Assembly (NCBI GenBank): GCA_965222615.1
Contig: CBDCUI010000008.1
Coordinates: 480,001-544,000, forward strand
Reading direction: 5' to 3'
Source of the DNA: Gammaproteobacteria bacterium
GTDB lineage: Bacteria; Pseudomonadota; Gammaproteobacteria; UBA4575
DNA: 64,000 nt
Shown in pieces: positions 9,140-18,993 of this stretch; position 1 is the first letter of the stretch, and the number at the start of each line of letters is the position of its first letter. Under the pieces are notes generated by a model, which had not been told where the DNA came from, made no database searches, and saw nothing but the letters and a program-made list of their open reading frames with translations. A program made the translations under genes and the position numbers.

Positions 9140-11002
9140 TTGATGGTTTCTACTAGCCTACAAACACTCCTTTCTCTTTATAGAAGATTGGGAATAGTCG
9201 TAATGGAGCAACAACAAGATAAAAGTCTTTGGTTGTTGTCACCAGAACCTAAGTGGTTCTCGCTGATTGGTAAGCTAGATGATAGCGATGATGCACAGAG
9301 GGTTACAACGGTCACCTCAAAATCTTTACAGACTTTTATAGATATAAATGTGCAAGATATGTGGCTAAGTAGCCAGGAACGACAAATATCCCAAATTTGG
9401 GTTGAATTGGATGCATCAGATAATAAATTCCCATTCGAAGCAACTGCCTTACGCCAAGTAGATAGTATGTTGATTGTAATTGAGCATGTCCCACAGACCT
9501 ATGAGGCTAAACAACTACAGGCCCAGCAAACACGCGAGAATGATTTGCTAAAAGGACTCTTAGAAAACAAAAAAGCAAAGCAGGCAGAAAAGATCGCTTC
9601 TCGTGAAGTTGAATTAGAACAAGAAATAAATGAGCGTATAGCTTTAGAGAAGCAACTTACTCATCTTGCATTTCATGATGCTTTAACTGGGCTTCCTAAC
9701 CGTTCGTTATTTGTAGATCGGTTGCAACGTGCCATTGCTGAAGCAGAACGTAAAAAAGAATCTGTAGTCGTGATGTTTATAGATCTAGATGATTTCAAAA
9801 AAATTAATGATTCTTTTGGTCATCATGTTGGAGATAAAGTGATTCAAGGTGCGGCATTGCAACTAAAAAGATGCTTGCGCGATATTGATTCAATCGCACG
9901 TATGGGAGGAGATGAATTTACGATACTTATTCCACATGTAGGTGGCAAAGAAGATATAGAAGTTATTGCTAGACGCTTAATTGAGTCTTTAGACAATCCG
10001 ATTGTGGTGGAAGGCTCTGAATTTAAAATGTCGATTAGTATTGGAATTTCTATCTTTCCTAATGACGCTAAGAATGAAGATAATTTACTAAGAAATGCAG
10101 ATACCGCAATGTATTTTGCTAAACATACACGTGGCCCAAGTTTTACTTTTTATGATTCGGAAATGGGAACCTCGCCATCGAAACGCTTGGCTTTAACTTC
10201 AGATATTGAGCTTGCGCTACAACAAAAAGAGTTTTTCTTGGTTTATCAACCGATTATTACTGTGCAGACAATGGAAGTTGTTGGTGCGGAGGCATTATTG
10301 CGTTGGCGGCGTTCCGACGGAGAAATCGTGGGCCCAGACCGATTTATTCCTTTGGCATGTGAGTCAGATTTAATTACTAAAATTGGATCGTGGGTAATTG
10401 AGAACAGCTGCCTTCAATTAAAAAACTGGAGGGGAATCTATGGGAATAAATTTAGAATAAATATTAATTTATCAGTGCGCGAATTTGAATCTAGCCTTTG
10501 TAAGGAGATGCTAAAGAAAAATTTAATAGATCTACATTTGCCTGATAAAAGTTTAGAAGTAGAGATTACAGATACAATGCCTATTGATAATACAAGTATT
10601 ATGCAATCTAATATTGAATCTTTGAAAAGTGTGCATATATCTACTGCCATAGATCGATTTGGCGAACGCAAGACTTCATTGAAATCAATTAAAACCCTTG
10701 GGCTGAATACAATAAAAATCGATCGATATTTTACTAAGGATATTGCAATGGATAAGGATAGCTATGAAGTATTCATGGGTTTGGTTCAACTAGGTTCCGC
10801 ATTATCTAATAGGGTTTTGGCAGAAGGTATTGAAACGGAGGAACAATTCGATTTGGCCCAAAAAGCGGGTATCGATGAAGTACAGGGGCATTTATTTACT
10901 CAACCGCTAGAGTCACACTTTTTTGATCAGTGGATGAAAGAATTTGATAAGAAACAAAAATCACAATTAAAATTAGTGCAGAAGAAAAAAAGCACAATGT
11001 GA
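9140..11002 (+). CDS. GGDEF-EAL protein (cyclase motifs intact, EAL degenerate)
   Basis: HDALTGLPNR, DLDDFKKIND, RDID I-site followed by GGDEF. EALLRW, KID and AEGIE are present, but DDFGTG is replaced by DRFGER. Confidence 0.92.
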   Translation: MMVSTSLQTLLSLYRRLGIVVMEQQQDKSLWLLSPEPKWFSLIGKLDDSDDAQRVTTVTSKSLQTFIDINVQDMWLSSQERQISQIWVELDASDNKFPFEATALRQVDSMLIVIEHVPQTYEAKQLQAQQTRENDLLKGLLENKKAKQAEKIASREVELEQEINERIALEKQLTHLAFHDALTGLPNRSLFVDRLQRAIAEAERKKESVVVMFIDLDDFKKINDSFGHHVGDKVIQGAALQLKRCLRDIDSIARMGGDEFTILIPHVGGKEDIEVIARRLIESLDNPIVVEGSEFKMSISIGISIFPNDAKNEDNLLRNADTAMYFAKHTRGPSFTFYDSEMGTSPSKRLALTSDIELALQQKEFFLVYQPIITVQTMEVVGAEALLRWRRSDGEIVGPDRFIPLACESDLITKIGSWVIENSCLQLKNWRGIYGNKFRININLSVREFESSLCKEMLKKNLIDLHLPDKSLEVEITDTMPIDNTSIMQSNIESLKSVHISTAIDRFGERKTSLKSIKTLGLNTIKIDRYFTKDIAMDKDSYEVFMGLVQLGSALSNRVLAEGIETEEQFDLAQKAGIDEVQGHLFTQPLESHFFDQWMKEFDKKQKSQLKLVQKKKSTM

Positions 11003-11006
11003 TTTC

Positions 11007-12221
11007 TCAGTCAGTTTGATTGTAATGACTCTCGACATATTGTTGCACGATATCTTGAAATTGTTGAGCAATATTGTCGCCTTTTAATGTAGTAAATTTA
11101 TTTCCATCAACATAAACCGGTGCAACCGGCTCTTCGCCTGTACCGGGGAGACTAATGCCTATGTTAGCGTATTTGCTTTCACCTGGCCCATTGACAACAC
11201 AACCCATTACGGCCACATTCATGTTTTCAACACCAGTATATTGTTGTTTCCAGTCCGGCATTTTTTCGCGAAGATAATTTTGAATGTCTGCAGCTAAATG
11301 CTGAAAATATTCGCTTGTAGTACGCCCACAGCCTGGGCAAGAAGTTACTTGCGGCGCAAATGAGCGTAAGCCCATTGTTTGTAAGATTTGCTGGGCTACA
11401 AGTACTTCTTGGGTGCGATCACCGCCAGGTTCAGGCGTGAGCGAAATACGAATAGTATCCCCAATACCTTCTTGTAAAAGTACCGACAATGCTGCAGTGG
11501 ATGCGACAATACCTTTAGATCCCATACCTGCTTCGGTTAAACCCAGATGCAATGCATAATCACATTTTGTTGCTAGATCTTTATATACACTAATTAGCGC
11601 TTGTACTTCGCTAAGTTTACAAGACAAAATAATTTTGTTGTGTGCAAGTCCAATTTTTTCTGCAAGTACAGCACTGTCTATTGCGGAGGCAATCAAAGTG
11701 TCATGCATTACTTGTTGTAAAGATTTAGGTTTTTTAAGAAAGGAATTTTCATCAAGTTTCTTAGCAAGCAGATCTTGATCTAGACTGCCCCAATTCACAC
11801 CTATACGGACTGGTTTTTCATAGCGGCAAGCAATTTCAATAATTTCGCTAAATTGTTTATCGTGTAAATTACCTCGGCCTACATTGCCTGGATTGATGCG
11901 AAACTTATCAAGCGATTTTGCGCATTCCGTGTATTTTTTTAACAGACGATTACCATTAAAATGGAAGTCTCCCACGAGGGGTGTTTCAACACTATTGATA
12001 CGCAGGCGCTCACGTATTTCAGGTACTGCTTGTGCTGCATTTTTATTATTAACAGTTATGCGTACGATTTCTGACCCAGCTTTAGCTAAAGCAGAGATTT
12101 GCTCAACTGTATGGGCGATATCAGCAGTATCTGTATTCGTCATAGATTGTACGACGATTGGTGAATCGCTACCGACTGGAACTTCGCCCACCATTACAAG
12201 TGTGCTTAAACGTCTGGCCAT
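11007..12221 (-). CDS. ispG: (E)-4-hydroxy-3-methylbut-2-enyl-diphosphate synthase
   Basis: [47 protein letters not shown]. Confidence 0.98.
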   Translation of the reverse strand: MARRLSTLVMVGEVPVGSDSPIVVQSMTNTDTADIAHTVEQISALAKAGSEIVRITVNNKNAAQAVPEIRERLRINSVETPLVGDFHFNGNRLLKKYTECAKSLDKFRINPGNVGRGNLHDKQFSEIIEIACRYEKPVRIGVNWGSLDQDLLAKKLDENSFLKKPKSLQQVMHDTLIASAIDSAVLAEKIGLAHNKIILSCKLSEVQALISVYKDLATKCDYALHLGLTEAGMGSKGIVASTAALSVLLQEGIGDTIRISLTPEPGGDRTQEVLVAQQILQTMGLRSFAPQVTSCPGCGRTTSEYFQHLAADIQNYLREKMPDWKQQYTGVENMNVAVMGCVVNGPGESKYANIGISLPGTGEEPVAPVYVDGNKFTTLKGDNIAQQFQDIVQQYVESHYNQTD

Positions 12222-12358
12222 TACAATAGTTTTTTACACAATTTTATTTTGGAGATGTATTCTAAACAATGCTAAGTGGTTATGATATTACCTATCTTAG
12301 CAGAGCGATGATCTCAAATAGATACTTGGTGAATCAAAAATTTTAAATTTAACGAATA

Positions 12359-12775
12359 ATGTATTGGCAGGATAAATTTACCATTTCCTCAACGGGACGG
12401 GGTACATACAACATTAGTCAAAGTGTTGATGAGATGATACAACGTTCGGGTATTCAACAAGGCCTTTGTCACTTATTTATTCACCATACTAGTGCATCCC
12501 TTATTCTATGTGAAAATGCAGATCCTACAGTGCGGCATGATTTGGAAACCTTTATGGCAAAGATTAGCCCGGATGGAGATCCCATGTTTACACACCGCTC
12601 TGAAGGAGATGACGACATGCCTGCGCATATTCGTAGTGTACTCACGCAGACAGAACTAAGTATTCCTGTAATAAACGGCTGTTCTGCGCTTGGTATATGG
12701 CAAGGAATTTATTTATGGGAGCATCGCACTGCACCTCACCAAAGAAGTATTACGGTTACAGTACACGGCGAATAA
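12359..12775 (+). CDS. yjbQ: YjbQ/UPF0047 family protein
   Basis: HTSASL..ENADP.V, EGDDDMPAHI, LGIWQGIYLWEHR. Confidence 0.92.
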   Translation: MYWQDKFTISSTGRGTYNISQSVDEMIQRSGIQQGLCHLFIHHTSASLILCENADPTVRHDLETFMAKISPDGDPMFTHRSEGDDDMPAHIRSVLTQTELSIPVINGCSALGIWQGIYLWEHRTAPHQRSITVTVHGE

Positions 12776-12784
12776 CATTTTCAT

Positions 12785-13477
12785 ATGACTAATTTTTCTT
12801 CAATACGCTGCATTGCGTTTGATTTAGACGACACCTTGTGGCCATGTGATCCGGTAATTAATAAAGCAGAACAAGAGTTGTATGCTTGGTTAAGTAAACA
12901 TTATCCATTGATCACACGATGCTATTCACTTGAAGAAATAAAAATGCTTCGTGCACAATACGGTGAGAAACACCCAGAACTATCTCATAACGTTACTGCG
13001 CTACGACACCAATCTCTTGTTGAGCTAGCAAAAGAATTTAATTACCCAAATGAAATGGCTGATAGAGGCTTGGCATTATTCCGTTATTTTAGAAATAAAG
13101 TTGACTTTTTTGATGATGCATTTACAACTATCAACGAACTTAAAAAGTATTTTAAAATTTGCGCATTAACAAATGGAAATGCGGATTTAGATGAGATTGG
13201 AGTAAGCGACAAGTTTGATATTATCGTTACTGCGGAAATGGCTGGAGCTGCTAAGCCAGACGAAAAAATTTTTAAATATGCCGAAACTCAAGCGCGGCTT
13301 GACTGCAACCAAATGATGTTAGTTGGCGATGCGCCTAAAGTGGACGTAATTGGAGCACGACAATGTGGGTGGCAGGCAATTTGGTTTAATCCAGATAAAG
13401 ATCATTGGAGTGATAGCATTAAACCAAATGCTGAAATACAAAAATTAAGTCAATTAGTTTCACTTTTAATTAAATAA
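12785..13477 (+). CDS. HAD-superfamily hydrolase (YigB-like)
   Basis: FDLDDTLW motif I, TNGNAD, KPD, VGD...D motif IV. Confidence 0.92.
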   Translation: MTNFSSIRCIAFDLDDTLWPCDPVINKAEQELYAWLSKHYPLITRCYSLEEIKMLRAQYGEKHPELSHNVTALRHQSLVELAKEFNYPNEMADRGLALFRYFRNKVDFFDDAFTTINELKKYFKICALTNGNADLDEIGVSDKFDIIVTAEMAGAAKPDEKIFKYAETQARLDCNQMMLVGDAPKVDVIGARQCGWQAIWFNPDKDHWSDSIKPNAEIQKLSQLVSLLIK

Positions 13478-13509
13478 CTATCAAATTATACAATAGTACT
13501 GCGAGACAA

Positions 13510-13851
13510 TTGGAGGAGATGATGTCAGAATTGAATCTTGAAGATCGGGTTAAAAATTTAGAACGTATTGTTAACACAATGCGTATCGCCATAATTGTTT
13601 TTGTGGGATTTATACTTTATGATGTAATTTCAAAAGACTCAGGGTCGAGTATTATCTTTGCAGATAAGATTAAGTCACGAGAATTTGTATTGCTTGGCCC
13701 AGGTGATCAGCCCGTTGGTTTTTGGGATTATAAAGATACAAATGGTTTAAAGATGTATTCCAAAAAAGGCGATCACATTGTGTTAACCTCAGATGCAGTG
13801 ACTTTTTATGAGGATCGTTTAAATCCAGTTGTTAAATCTAGGCTTGACTAG
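13510..13851 (+). CDS. Small single-TM hypothetical protein
   Basis: GGAG RBS before ATG at about 13519-13522; one hydrophobic helix. Confidence 0.65.
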   Translation: MEEMMSELNLEDRVKNLERIVNTMRIAIIVFVGFILYDVISKDSGSSIIFADKIKSREFVLLGPGDQPVGFWDYKDTNGLKMYSKKGDHIVLTSDAVTFYEDRLNPVVKSRLD

Positions 13852-13877
13852 TTATTATTTTGAAATAGGTTCTAAAT

Positions 13878-15362
13878 TTAATCTAGAGATTCACCGTACT
13901 TCTTTTTGAAAAGTCTTTTGGATTGGCTAACCCATTTATCTCGCTGTATTCTATCAGGGAAGCTTTCGAGCGTATTGGCAAGTGATTCAATGTCATCCTT
14001 TGTAAGTCTACCTAGTTGCTCAAACGAGTAAACTCCAAAGTCATTTAGTTTATTTTCCATAACTGGACCAATACCCTTAATTTGTTTTAGGTCATCTTTG
14101 ACTTTTGCTGCCGCTATTTTTAAACCTTTTGCCGGTGCCTTTAAACCTTTTACAGGTTTGGAAGAAGGCTTTTTAGCTGATTTAGCTTTTTTTATAGCTG
14201 CACTCTTTCTAAGTCGTGGAGTAGGCTTTTGAACTAGCTTATTTTTAAAAGCCTCAATAGTATGTTCGTGTTCGCGTAACATGGCCAAATTACTATTCAT
14301 GGCTTGTAATTCGGTTTCAAGTTCTTGGATACGTGTACTACTTTTTTGAATTGTCGCAGCACTAGATGCCTGTGCTCTATTTTCTGCAGTGCGTACTTGC
14401 TCGCGCAAATCATCAATAATGGCATCTTTTTCTTCACAGGTATCCACATATACACGTTCTTTTTCAACTGCTTCACGTTTGACCTCGTTTATCTGCTTAT
14501 AAGTCCGGCCCAAAACAGTATTTTTCGAGGTGCCAACTAAACGAATCTTATCCATAAATCGATTAAATTTTGTGTCTTGACCTGGAAGGCCACCTTCTAG
14601 GGGTGTGAGCTGCTCAATTCGCTTTTGCAAAGACTCAGCGGCGAGTTGATGTTGAGTTTCCTGCTGCTGAAATTGCTCGGTATATTTCTTATCAAGTTCC
14701 GCAAGACGCCATTGAGCACTATTCTTTTGCTCTTCTATTTGAGGTTGAATGGTTCGCAAATGAGATGCTTCATTACGGTCGTTACGCCATTTGCTTTGTA
14801 CTTGCGCAATCATGCCGTAAAGACCTCGCATACTGTTTTCTGAATGGGTCACTTTAGTATTTAAACGTTGAACTTTAGGGATCATTTCACCCAACTGATA
14901 TTTATAAGCTTCTTGATCGGCTACGTGCTTGTTCAGGCGCTTAATTTTTTGATTTGCATCCAAATGCATTGCCGAATACTGCTCGGCAAGATTTGAGAAG
15001 TTATCTCGTTCTTCACAGGTTTGTAGGTACTTATGTTGAATTTTTTTCAACCATGATTGATATTTCGGTAATTCTTTTGCTTGTTTTAAAGTTGATTGCC
15101 AACGTGAAGTCATTAGCATTAAATCACTATTTTGTAATTCGTACTTCGATTGTAAATCTGCAAAACGCGACTTAAGTTGTGAATATTGTGAGTTTAATTT
15201 AGTAGTAGTTTCATTCAGTTCGCTCTTAGATTGGTCAAGCTCTTGTTGCAAGTTTGCTAAATCACGGTTACAGCCGCATCGGCGCATTAACCATCCAACT
15301 AAAGTTCCAAGTGCTGCAGCAACAATCAAATAGAGTAAAATTTCATTTAGTAAATAAGTCAT
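13878..15362 (-). CDS. Membrane-anchored coiled-coil protein with C-terminal helix-hairpin-helix (COG3743/DUF4332-like) domain
   Basis: N-terminal TM, long coiled coil, K/A/P-rich linker, then DDLKQIKGIGP...RIQRDKWVSQ. Confidence 0.8.
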   Translation of the reverse strand: MTYLLNEILLYLIVAAALGTLVGWLMRRCGCNRDLANLQQELDQSKSELNETTTKLNSQYSQLKSRFADLQSKYELQNSDLMLMTSRWQSTLKQAKELPKYQSWLKKIQHKYLQTCEERDNFSNLAEQYSAMHLDANQKIKRLNKHVADQEAYKYQLGEMIPKVQRLNTKVTHSENSMRGLYGMIAQVQSKWRNDRNEASHLRTIQPQIEEQKNSAQWRLAELDKKYTEQFQQQETQHQLAAESLQKRIEQLTPLEGGLPGQDTKFNRFMDKIRLVGTSKNTVLGRTYKQINEVKREAVEKERVYVDTCEEKDAIIDDLREQVRTAENRAQASSAATIQKSSTRIQELETELQAMNSNLAMLREHEHTIEAFKNKLVQKPTPRLRKSAAIKKAKSAKKPSSKPVKGLKAPAKGLKIAAAKVKDDLKQIKGIGPVMENKLNDFGVYSFEQLGRLTKDDIESLANTLESFPDRIQRDKWVSQSKRLFKKKYGESLD

Positions 15363-15364
15363 GT

Positions 15365-16177
15365 TTATTGTCTCCTGGTCACCTCAAAATCGATACGCCG
15401 ATTCGTTGCACGACCCTCTGCAGTATCGTTAGAGGCAATAGGTTTAGATTCGCCATAGCCGGTCGCATTCAAACGCTCAGATTGAATGCCTTGACTAATT
15501 AAGTAATTCATTACAGAAGCTGCTCGTTGTTGGCTTAGCTCAAGATTTAGATTTTTATCGCCGGTATTATCAGTATGGCCCTCAATTGCGATATCAAATT
15601 CGGGATGCTGATTTAATATCCTCACGACATCATTAAGAATGACAATGCCTTCAGCGGTAATCTCATCACTCCCAAACAAAAAAGTGATTCCCGAGAGATC
15701 TAAGGTTTGTAGGAGTCCTTCAACCGCTTCTTCTTCAGTTAAGATTTGCTCTGGTTCCTGAACCAGAGCCACTTGCGGTTGAGGATCTTCGGCAATTTCA
15801 GACATTGGTTGAGGCTGTTCAGCAATCTCAGCTTCCTCTATTGGTTTTGCTTCAATAATAGGTTTGCTGATGATTTCTAACTGGTTATCTACTATACGAA
15901 TACCGGCTAGAGAAGCAATAATCGTTTCAATTTCCTGAGATCGCTCTTCGGTTTCCACAGTGCCTGTGAGAATGGCATCTCGGCCATCCATATTTACGAT
16001 CACACCGCCAACTTGTTGATCAGAAAGTAAGCTATTACTTTTAATGCTTAGATCGTTTTCGATGAATTCGGCGCGGCTTTCTTTAGCCCACCAATATAAA
16101 GCGGATAGGCCAATGAGTCCTAGAATAAGAGGGATAAGCATGCATAACATGCAGCTATCTTTACGCTGATCCGTCAT
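15365..16177 (-). CDS. BON + OmpA_C domain protein (ArfA/Rv0899-like architecture)
   Basis: N-terminal TM; BON-like DGRDAILTGTV...GIRIVDNQL; OmpA motif EGHTDNTG...NLELSQQRA...NRRIDF. Confidence 0.88.
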   Translation of the reverse strand: MTDQRKDSCMLCMLIPLILGLIGLSALYWWAKESRAEFIENDLSIKSNSLLSDQQVGGVIVNMDGRDAILTGTVETEERSQEIETIIASLAGIRIVDNQLEIISKPIIEAKPIEEAEIAEQPQPMSEIAEDPQPQVALVQEPEQILTEEEAVEGLLQTLDLSGITFLFGSDEITAEGIVILNDVVRILNQHPEFDIAIEGHTDNTGDKNLNLELSQQRAASVMNYLISQGIQSERLNATGYGESKPIASNDTAEGRATNRRIDFEVTRRQ

Positions 16178-16422
16178 AGGCGAAAAAGTTATAGTCTTTA
16201 GTATTCGTTATTTATTGTGTCGCGGTTGACACTTTTCGACGATAACTAAGTATTGCTTGAACTAAAAAAATTCGCAAACAAATTTATGCAATAAGCTGCA
16301 AAATCCCTATGGATTAAAGCAGTATAAAAGTTTTTTACCTTAGTATTATTAGGGTGATTAAATGGACACAAAAGCTTATTAGGCATCTAGCCTAAATTTT
16401 AAGCTAAGCTGTAAACATAACT

Positions 16423-16842
16423 TTACGAGTGTGAAGCAGTAACTAAATTGTTACTAAGCTTCTCGATTAAAGACTCCAGCTGTTTAAAATCAGACTCAGA
16501 ATACTGAGAGAACATTTCTTTGTAAGCATTATCCATTAAAGAAATTCCCAGTTTGGCGAGTTTTTCACCTTTAGCAGTAAGTTTGATATCCACCACTCTA
16601 CGGTCCATTTGGTTGTGGGTTCGCTTAATACAATCGTTAGCCTCCAATTGATCAAGATAGCGACTAACAGTAGCGCGTTCTATCATGAGTTCGTCTGCGA
16701 GTTTTGCAGGTGTGTATACTGATTTTGAATATATGGTGTTAATCAATCTCCATTGATTGAATTTCATGCCATGAGCACCCAGCTCTTTGTTCAAAGTGGT
16801 GCGAGCAAAAGAATTTAACCGGTCTGCAAAAGAAAGAATCAT
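16423..16842 (-). CDS. MarR family transcriptional regulator
   Basis: QWRLI, HTH ERATVSRYLDQLE, DRRVVDIKLT.KG. Confidence 0.9.
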   Translation of the reverse strand: MILSFADRLNSFARTTLNKELGAHGMKFNQWRLINTIYSKSVYTPAKLADELMIERATVSRYLDQLEANDCIKRTHNQMDRRVVDIKLTAKGEKLAKLGISLMDNAYKEMFSQYSESDFKQLESLIEKLSNNLVTASHS

Positions 16843-17215
16843 AGGCTATATAAGTTTATTTAGTTAAAAATAAGTCAGCTTTTTCAAGTTAAAAAGTTTT
16901 GGTTTAGTTAATGTAAGTATCTAAATTATGGTTATTTTTTTAAGTAGTTACGATTTGTGATTACTAGTTTTAACACACTTGAGCAGTAATATAGCCTATT
17001 AAATAACAAATGTTACGAATGTTTACAGTTAGAAAATGGAATAGTTAACAACTGTAAACTTATGCACAAGTAATTGAACTTAGCTGGATAACTTCTGTTA
17101 CCCGCGATGAATTGAGGTCCATTTCAAAGCGGAAATTACAATCCGCTTTAAATGCAATCACAGCAGGATTTTCTAAGATTAAGGAAGTAATTAACTAAAT
17201 CGGCTATCTATCTAA

Positions 17216-17452
17216 TTAATTCGGTCTGTGAGTGGGTTTGTAGATTCCTCGAATTTCAGAATATTCAAGGACAGTTATGCTCAATGCGAGTTGAATCTCT
17301 TTTGATGTGAACCCTTTAGATTCTAATTCTATGATTAAATTTTCTATTGCATTAAAAACTTTTGCCAAAGACTTGAATTCATCAGCATATTTTTTTGCCG
17401 AGAATTTATTGGAATAATATGTCGAATCTTCACTCACAGTAAGAAGTATCAC
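17216..17452 (-). CDS. Small hypothetical protein
   Basis: 78-aa ORF in an AT-rich region next to the tRNA; start uncertain. Confidence 0.35.
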   Translation of the reverse strand: MILLTVSEDSTYYSNKFSAKKYADEFKSLAKVFNAIENLIIELESKGFTSKEIQLALSITVLEYSEIRGIYKPTHRPN

Positions 17453-17534
17453 TGATGAAAAGTATTTAATGTGTAATAAATTGTGAATTGAAGTTGCGGA
17501 AATAAATAATTATCAATTTAAATTTGATCAACTT

Positions 17535-17697
17535 TTTAATAAAAATTATGTAAACGTACTCCAAGGATAGTGGCGCCCCGAGTAGGAGTTGAACCACCCT
17601 TGCGTGGGGGTAGTCCACGCGAATAGCAGTTGTCGCGTGAGCGACACAAATTTAATAAAAACTATGTAAATGTACTCCAAAGATAGTGGCGCCCCGA
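17535..17697. repeat. 47-bp direct repeat including the tRNA-Arg 3' end (17535-17581 and 17651-17697)
   Basis: TTTAATAAAAAyTATGTAAAyGTACTCCAArGATAGTGGCGCCCCGA; 44/47 identical, 116-bp period. Confidence 0.9.
17571..17595 (-). pseudogene. tRNA-Arg 3' fragment (T-loop, acceptor strand, CCA)
   Basis: Minus strand reads GGTTCAACTCCTACTCGGGGCGCCA; no matching 5' half is adjacent. Confidence 0.7.
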
Positions 17698-17763
17698 CGA
17701 GGATTCGAACCTCGGACTTCATCCTTAGGAGGGATGCGCTCTATCCAGCTGAGCTATCGGGGC
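17687..17763 (-). tRNA. tRNA-Arg(CCT)
   Basis: GCCCCGATAGCTCAGCTGGATAGAGCGCATCCCTCCTAAGGATGAAGTCCGAGGTTCGAATCCTCGTCGGGGCGCCA. Full cloverleaf, stem CATCC/GGATG, anticodon CCT, encoded CCA. Confidence 0.97.
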
Positions 17764-18954
17764 ATTATTTTTTGCTATCAATAACATACACTCAAATTAA
17801 CATCTCTTTATTTTAAATTTACAACCACACTGGCACCACAACACTAAGTTGTTGATTTTAAATTAGTACATCCCCCTAAATAGGGACGACTATTTGTTTA
17901 ATTTATTCCACTTATCTAATGAAATTCTCTTAGCTGTAATTTCGCTTTGCTTTCGTTCATTGGGTTCATTGTATGCATAATTAAAATACCAAGTGCCCTC
18001 AATGTAGGATCTTATATTGGGAGCGTTAAAAGAAATAATATCTGGGCTGTATATAGTTCTATAGCAGGTAGGGCTTATAAATGTAGCAGATTTCACATCA
18101 CCGACATTCAAATGAAAATTATGATCTATCTCTATAAGATTAAAGTTCAATATGTTTTTCTCTTTTTCTCTTTTTCTCTCGCAAACTATATCAAATCTAA
18201 AGGTACCCCCACCTTTGTCAATAGCTTCTGGCGTCAGAAGTGACTCATGAGGAATTGAATGTTTAAACTTCCCTTTAAACTCTAAGTTCTGAATTATTAA
18301 AGGTTCATGCCAGCGGTTTACTAACAGTGCATTTACACCATAAGCGAATTCTCCTAAGTTTGTTTCCACCAGATACAAATCTAGTTTATGAAAATGTACG
18401 GTTGGTATCTGAGATTCAATGTGTTTTTTGTATGCAAAAGCTATAATGACAAAGATGATTAAAATCGAAATCAAAACCACCAATTGAAAAATATTATTCT
18501 TCAATTTTTTAGCATTAAAATTACACTTTAGACTAATTGATGAATCACTTGAAATTATCTTATCGAGGAATAAAGGTGTTATTAGCGTTAATGACGTAAT
18601 AATCAAAATTGCAAAGATATAGGGATTCAAATATATTGGAAATGGATTAAACACCCAAGCCAATCCTCCCAATATTGCAGCCCCGATTAAGTAAAGAGTA
18701 ACTTTTGTATCTTTTGTCATTCATACACTTTAGAAGCTTTGGTATAAATTTGCATATTGAATTCATAAAATCTGTGAATTCAGAGTATTTATTCTTAATT
18801 TATTGGTCACCCTGTGGTCACCTTCGAAGATTTAAGAATTGTTGAACCACACATACACCACATTCTTTTGGCACGATACGGCATTGAACAGAGCAGTTTG
18901 GTTCGTATATCAATAACTTTCATAACGCATTGATTATTTCTTAATCAAATACGA
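17764..18954. mobile_element. Degenerate integrative-island remnant at tRNA-Arg (no integrase)
   Basis: Bounded by tRNA-Arg and a 5' half-tRNA cut at the anticodon loop. AACCACAC-N3-CACCACA at 17823-17840 and 18845-18862; IHF consensus WATCAANNNNTTR on the minus strand at 17845-17857 and 18923-18935. Confidence 0.55.
17890..18720 (-). CDS. AT-rich hypothetical membrane protein (island cargo)
   Basis: 276 aa, three N-terminal TM segments, low GC; lies between tRNA-Arg and a tRNA-Arg half. Confidence 0.7.
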   Translation of the reverse strand: MTKDTKVTLYLIGAAILGGLAWVFNPFPIYLNPYIFAILIITSLTLITPLFLDKIISSDSSISLKCNFNAKKLKNNIFQLVVLISILIIFVIIAFAYKKHIESQIPTVHFHKLDLYLVETNLGEFAYGVNALLVNRWHEPLIIQNLEFKGKFKHSIPHESLLTPEAIDKGGGTFRFDIVCERKREKEKNILNFNLIEIDHNFHLNVGDVKSATFISPTCYRTIYSPDIISFNAPNIRSYIEGTWYFNYAYNEPNERKQSEITAKRISLDKWNKLNK

Positions 18955-18993
18955 TTAGGAGGGGGACGCTCTATCCAGCTGAGCTATCGGGGC
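18955..18993 (-). pseudogene. 5' half of a second tRNA-Arg(CCT), truncated after the anticodon loop
   Basis: Minus strand reads GCCCCGATAGCTCAGCTGGATAGAGCGTCCCCCTCCTAA, then unrelated sequence. Confidence 0.85.
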
